DNA of 63,945 bases, the filler included, from Parasitella parasitica NRRL 2501 (lineage: Eukaryota; Fungi; Mucoromycota): assembly GCA_025201805.1 (NCBI GenBank). It is 8 parts of 7 records of this genome, joined end to end, with 100 filler letters (N's around TTAATTAATTAA, not from the genome) between each part and the next. Parts side by side here need not be neighbours in the genome. Positions count along the whole stretch, not along the records: positions 60,646 to 62,676 come from MU619510.1; positions 62,777 to 63,945 come from MU619484.1; 6 more parts are not named here. One strand, 5' to 3'. A program made the translations under genes and the position numbers. Below the pieces are notes generated by a model. It ran no database searches, was not told where the DNA came from, and saw only the letters and a list, made by a program, of their open reading frames with translations. Of the stretch, positions 61,174 through 63,945 are shown one piece after another (positions within the stretch are counted from its first letter, which is position 1; every line of letters begins with the position of its first letter).

Positions 61174-62676
61174 TCAGCCAGAAAAAGAGTTGGCATCAAG
61201 AAACCACTGAGAGCCTGGATCAGGATCAGGTGGAATCACAGCCAGAGGATGTACGAGACAATCAATAGCATGGAGCAGGAAAAGTAGAGCAGACCAGTAG
61301 GCAGGAGGTCCAGAAGAAGCTTTGGTAGGTAGGCAGTTCAATGCATTATCAATAGGATGAACACCAGGAGGAGATGGAAGGAGCGCATCAAAGAGATGAG
61401 GGTCCAGAGCACGACAAAACCGGAAATGATCTCGAGAAATATAAGCACCATTATCCATGCACGGACATTCTTCACGCATATTAGTGTACCGTCCAAGACG
61501 CCAACGTACCAACCGACTCCGAGCAGAACGACCAATAGGCAGATACAGAATAGGATCAGGGCGAGAGGTGTCAGCTCTACAAGCCCGCAGTAAAGTAAAT
61601 CTACCTGTAACAGCAGCAGCAGCCAGTTGTCTATCCACTTGATCTTGCCAATAGTCGTTAAAGACTGTAACTAAGCCAGTAGAAGAAGGGACAGGATCAG
61701 GAAGGGACAGATACAGTGGATTTTCAGAAATATAACGATCCAATCTTGTATAGGTCAGAGAATTCCGTAGCAGAACCAAGAGACTATCAGATGGCAGAGT
61801 ATCAGCCCGCAGTGCATACCTAGTGGCAAGAATATTGTACCTATGTTTGATACCAGGAATACAAGTAATGTGCTTGGCAACATTTACCCAAGTACTACCA
61901 ACAAACATACCGACCAGCCTGTTTTGCAGAGCATCCAAATCACGAAGATCACGAGCAGAGAGATGAGAGATTGCTAACCCATATTCAATCTTAGGGCGAA
62001 CAAAAGCCTTATACAAGCGAGAACAGAGCAACAAAGAGAAACCAGTACGGTTGACACCCACCGAATTAAGCAAAGCCATAACCTTGACAGCACCAGAGGA
62101 CCGCAGAGACCTAATACCAGGAGCATGCAAACCCTTATACCGGAAAGGCATACCGAGGTATGTGAATTCTTCGACCACAGGAAGAGGTTCACCGTACAGA
62201 GTCAGAGGGTCACCAGATAGAGCAGCAGCAGTACCCAGCACAGCACACTTGGAGGGTTTCCACCGATATCCCAAAGAAACAGAGTGATCAGCAGCAAGGT
62301 TTAGCATATTTTGAACATCAGACCGAGACCCAAGTACAGAAACATCATCAGCAAAAAGTAAACTATTGATAGCAATAGGAGTACTTGCACCGGGCGTAGT
62401 CAACATAGTAGCACCAGTAGCAGCAGTACGCAAAAGGTGTGGCAACGAGTTAATATATAATGAGTATAGATGTGGGCTGAGAACAGAACCTTGCAGTACA
62501 CCAGTGGCAGGAGAAAACGACGCAGAGGTGTGGTTAGCAATGAGCACAGAGACTGAGACATCATCAAATAAGTTTATCAAGAGTCGAAGCACAGCAACAG
62601 GTAGAGAGGAGTCAGCTAAAGCTTTCCAGATCACACGACGATCTACAGTATCATAGGCAGCCTGGATATCCAGAAA
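61174..62676 (-). mobile_element. Non-LTR (LINE-type) retrotransposon, RT and C-terminal region; 5' end in gap
   Basis: LDIQAAYDTV, GVLQGSVLSP, LLFADD, FTYLG, YKAFVRPKIEYG, C-terminal CPC...H..C. Confidence 0.92.
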
Positions 62677-62776
62677 NNNNNNNNNNNNNNNNNNNNNNNN
62701 NNNNNNNNNNNNNNNNNNNNTTAATTAATTAANNNNNNNNNNNNNNNNNNNNNNNNNNNNNNNNNNNNNNNNNNNN

Positions 62777-63945
62777 TCGCCCTCACTATTCTTTTTCTTG
62801 ACACACAGTAACGGAGAATTATACTCAGTATGACTTCTCGAACGACATATCACACCTTCATCAAGCCAAATCTTGATTTGTGCAGCAACAGCTTCGCGAT
62901 ATGCTTCGGGTAAGGGATACTGAGCTCTCCAAGCAACACAACCAGGTTTAGTGGTTAATTTGATGATAGAATCAGGCAAGTTACAACGAGTGTTTTTCAT
63001 ATCAATTTGTGAATTGACAATTAACAATTCTTTGAGCAATTTCTCAAAAAGTGCCCTTTCAATTTGACTACCACATACGGATCATTATTTGGCTTAACAT
63101 GATCAGGATCAATTGGATCTGGTATCTTTGGTCCAACCTGAGTAAAGTGTTGACTAACCAAACCAGTAATTCCAATACCTATCTTAGACAAAATGTCAAG
63201 GCCAAGTAGTAGAACATGTACATTCTCATTTGAATAAAAATCAAAAACTTCAAATTCATTTTTTACGGCATATTTATTGTAAAATAAATTTAGGTCAACT
63301 GACCCCACACGAGAGACCGAAGACGAGACATGGCCAAGCTGAACAATACCACTGTCTGGCTTGAATGACGATATTGACTGCCCTCCTAAAAACGTAAAGA
63401 ATTCATTAGTAATGCAACTAAAGGTAGCTCCACTATCAACCAAGCCAAAGCACAATACATTTTGCACCACAATAGGAACACAAATGCAATTGGTTTTCAT
63501 AGCTGGAGCCGCGCTAAATCTTACGTCAAACTTACAATCCTGAGCATTCAACGCTGTAATCGCAGCAGCATCATCTCTGACCGAAACTTTGGCCATTGTC
63601 GAAACGAGGGTAGAAGCTCTACCCTCCAGGTCACCAAGACCAACAACATCTTCCATTGGCTCATCCAGAGCCAACCCAGAAGAGACATCGTCCTCATCAG
63701 ACGAAACGACATCACCTGCAAAAAAGCAGACGAAGCACCACTACGAGACCCAGCAGCAACAGACAGAACAGCAAGATTGACAGCGCTGTCAACAGAAGGA
63801 GAGGATAACACACGCAACGCCTTCGGGGGCTCCTTGGACTTGATGCCAGTGTTACAAACATGCTGGGGAGACCAATTGTTAGAGTTGCACTTCCAGCAAT
63901 GTTTACCAGTGGGCCTGCCACCTACGCCAACAGAAGAACCACCAG
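62777..63945 (-). mobile_element. Second Ty3/Gypsy element: gag knuckle, protease and RT N-terminus (partial, frameshifted)
   Basis: CWKCNSNNWSPQHVC, LVDSGAT, QYPLP...WLDEGVI..S...YNSPLLCVKK. Confidence 0.88.

Overview
Eukaryotic DNA, most likely a Mucorales fungus (inferred from short GT-AG introns, gene content and TE families), from a gapped draft scaffold with N runs and artificial TTAATTAATTAA linkers. A gene-dense core (about 11.5-44.4 kb) holds NOP4, tRNA-Ser(AGA), a PRPP synthetase, a cytochrome b5/IRC21-like gene, a DUF4442-like thioesterase, FBXO9/HRT3, VPS72, TAF8 and several orphans. It is flanked by TE-rich zones: a decayed chromodomain Ty3/Gypsy element with a nested solo LTR, two CMC/EnSpm-type transposases, CACCATGGC-ended elements, a Helitron relic, LINE RTs and a second Gypsy. 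The main finding is a 4.3-kb Fanzor (eukaryotic TnpB-like RNA-guided nuclease) element at 15442-19763. It retains the RuvC D/E/D triad and carries a spliceosomal intron and a structured omega-RNA-like 3' end. It sits between TAACT direct repeats inside a SMI1/KNR4 (SUKH)-like gene, so the empty site, candidate TAM and guide can be read from this one locus. This Fanzor copy is pseudogenised.
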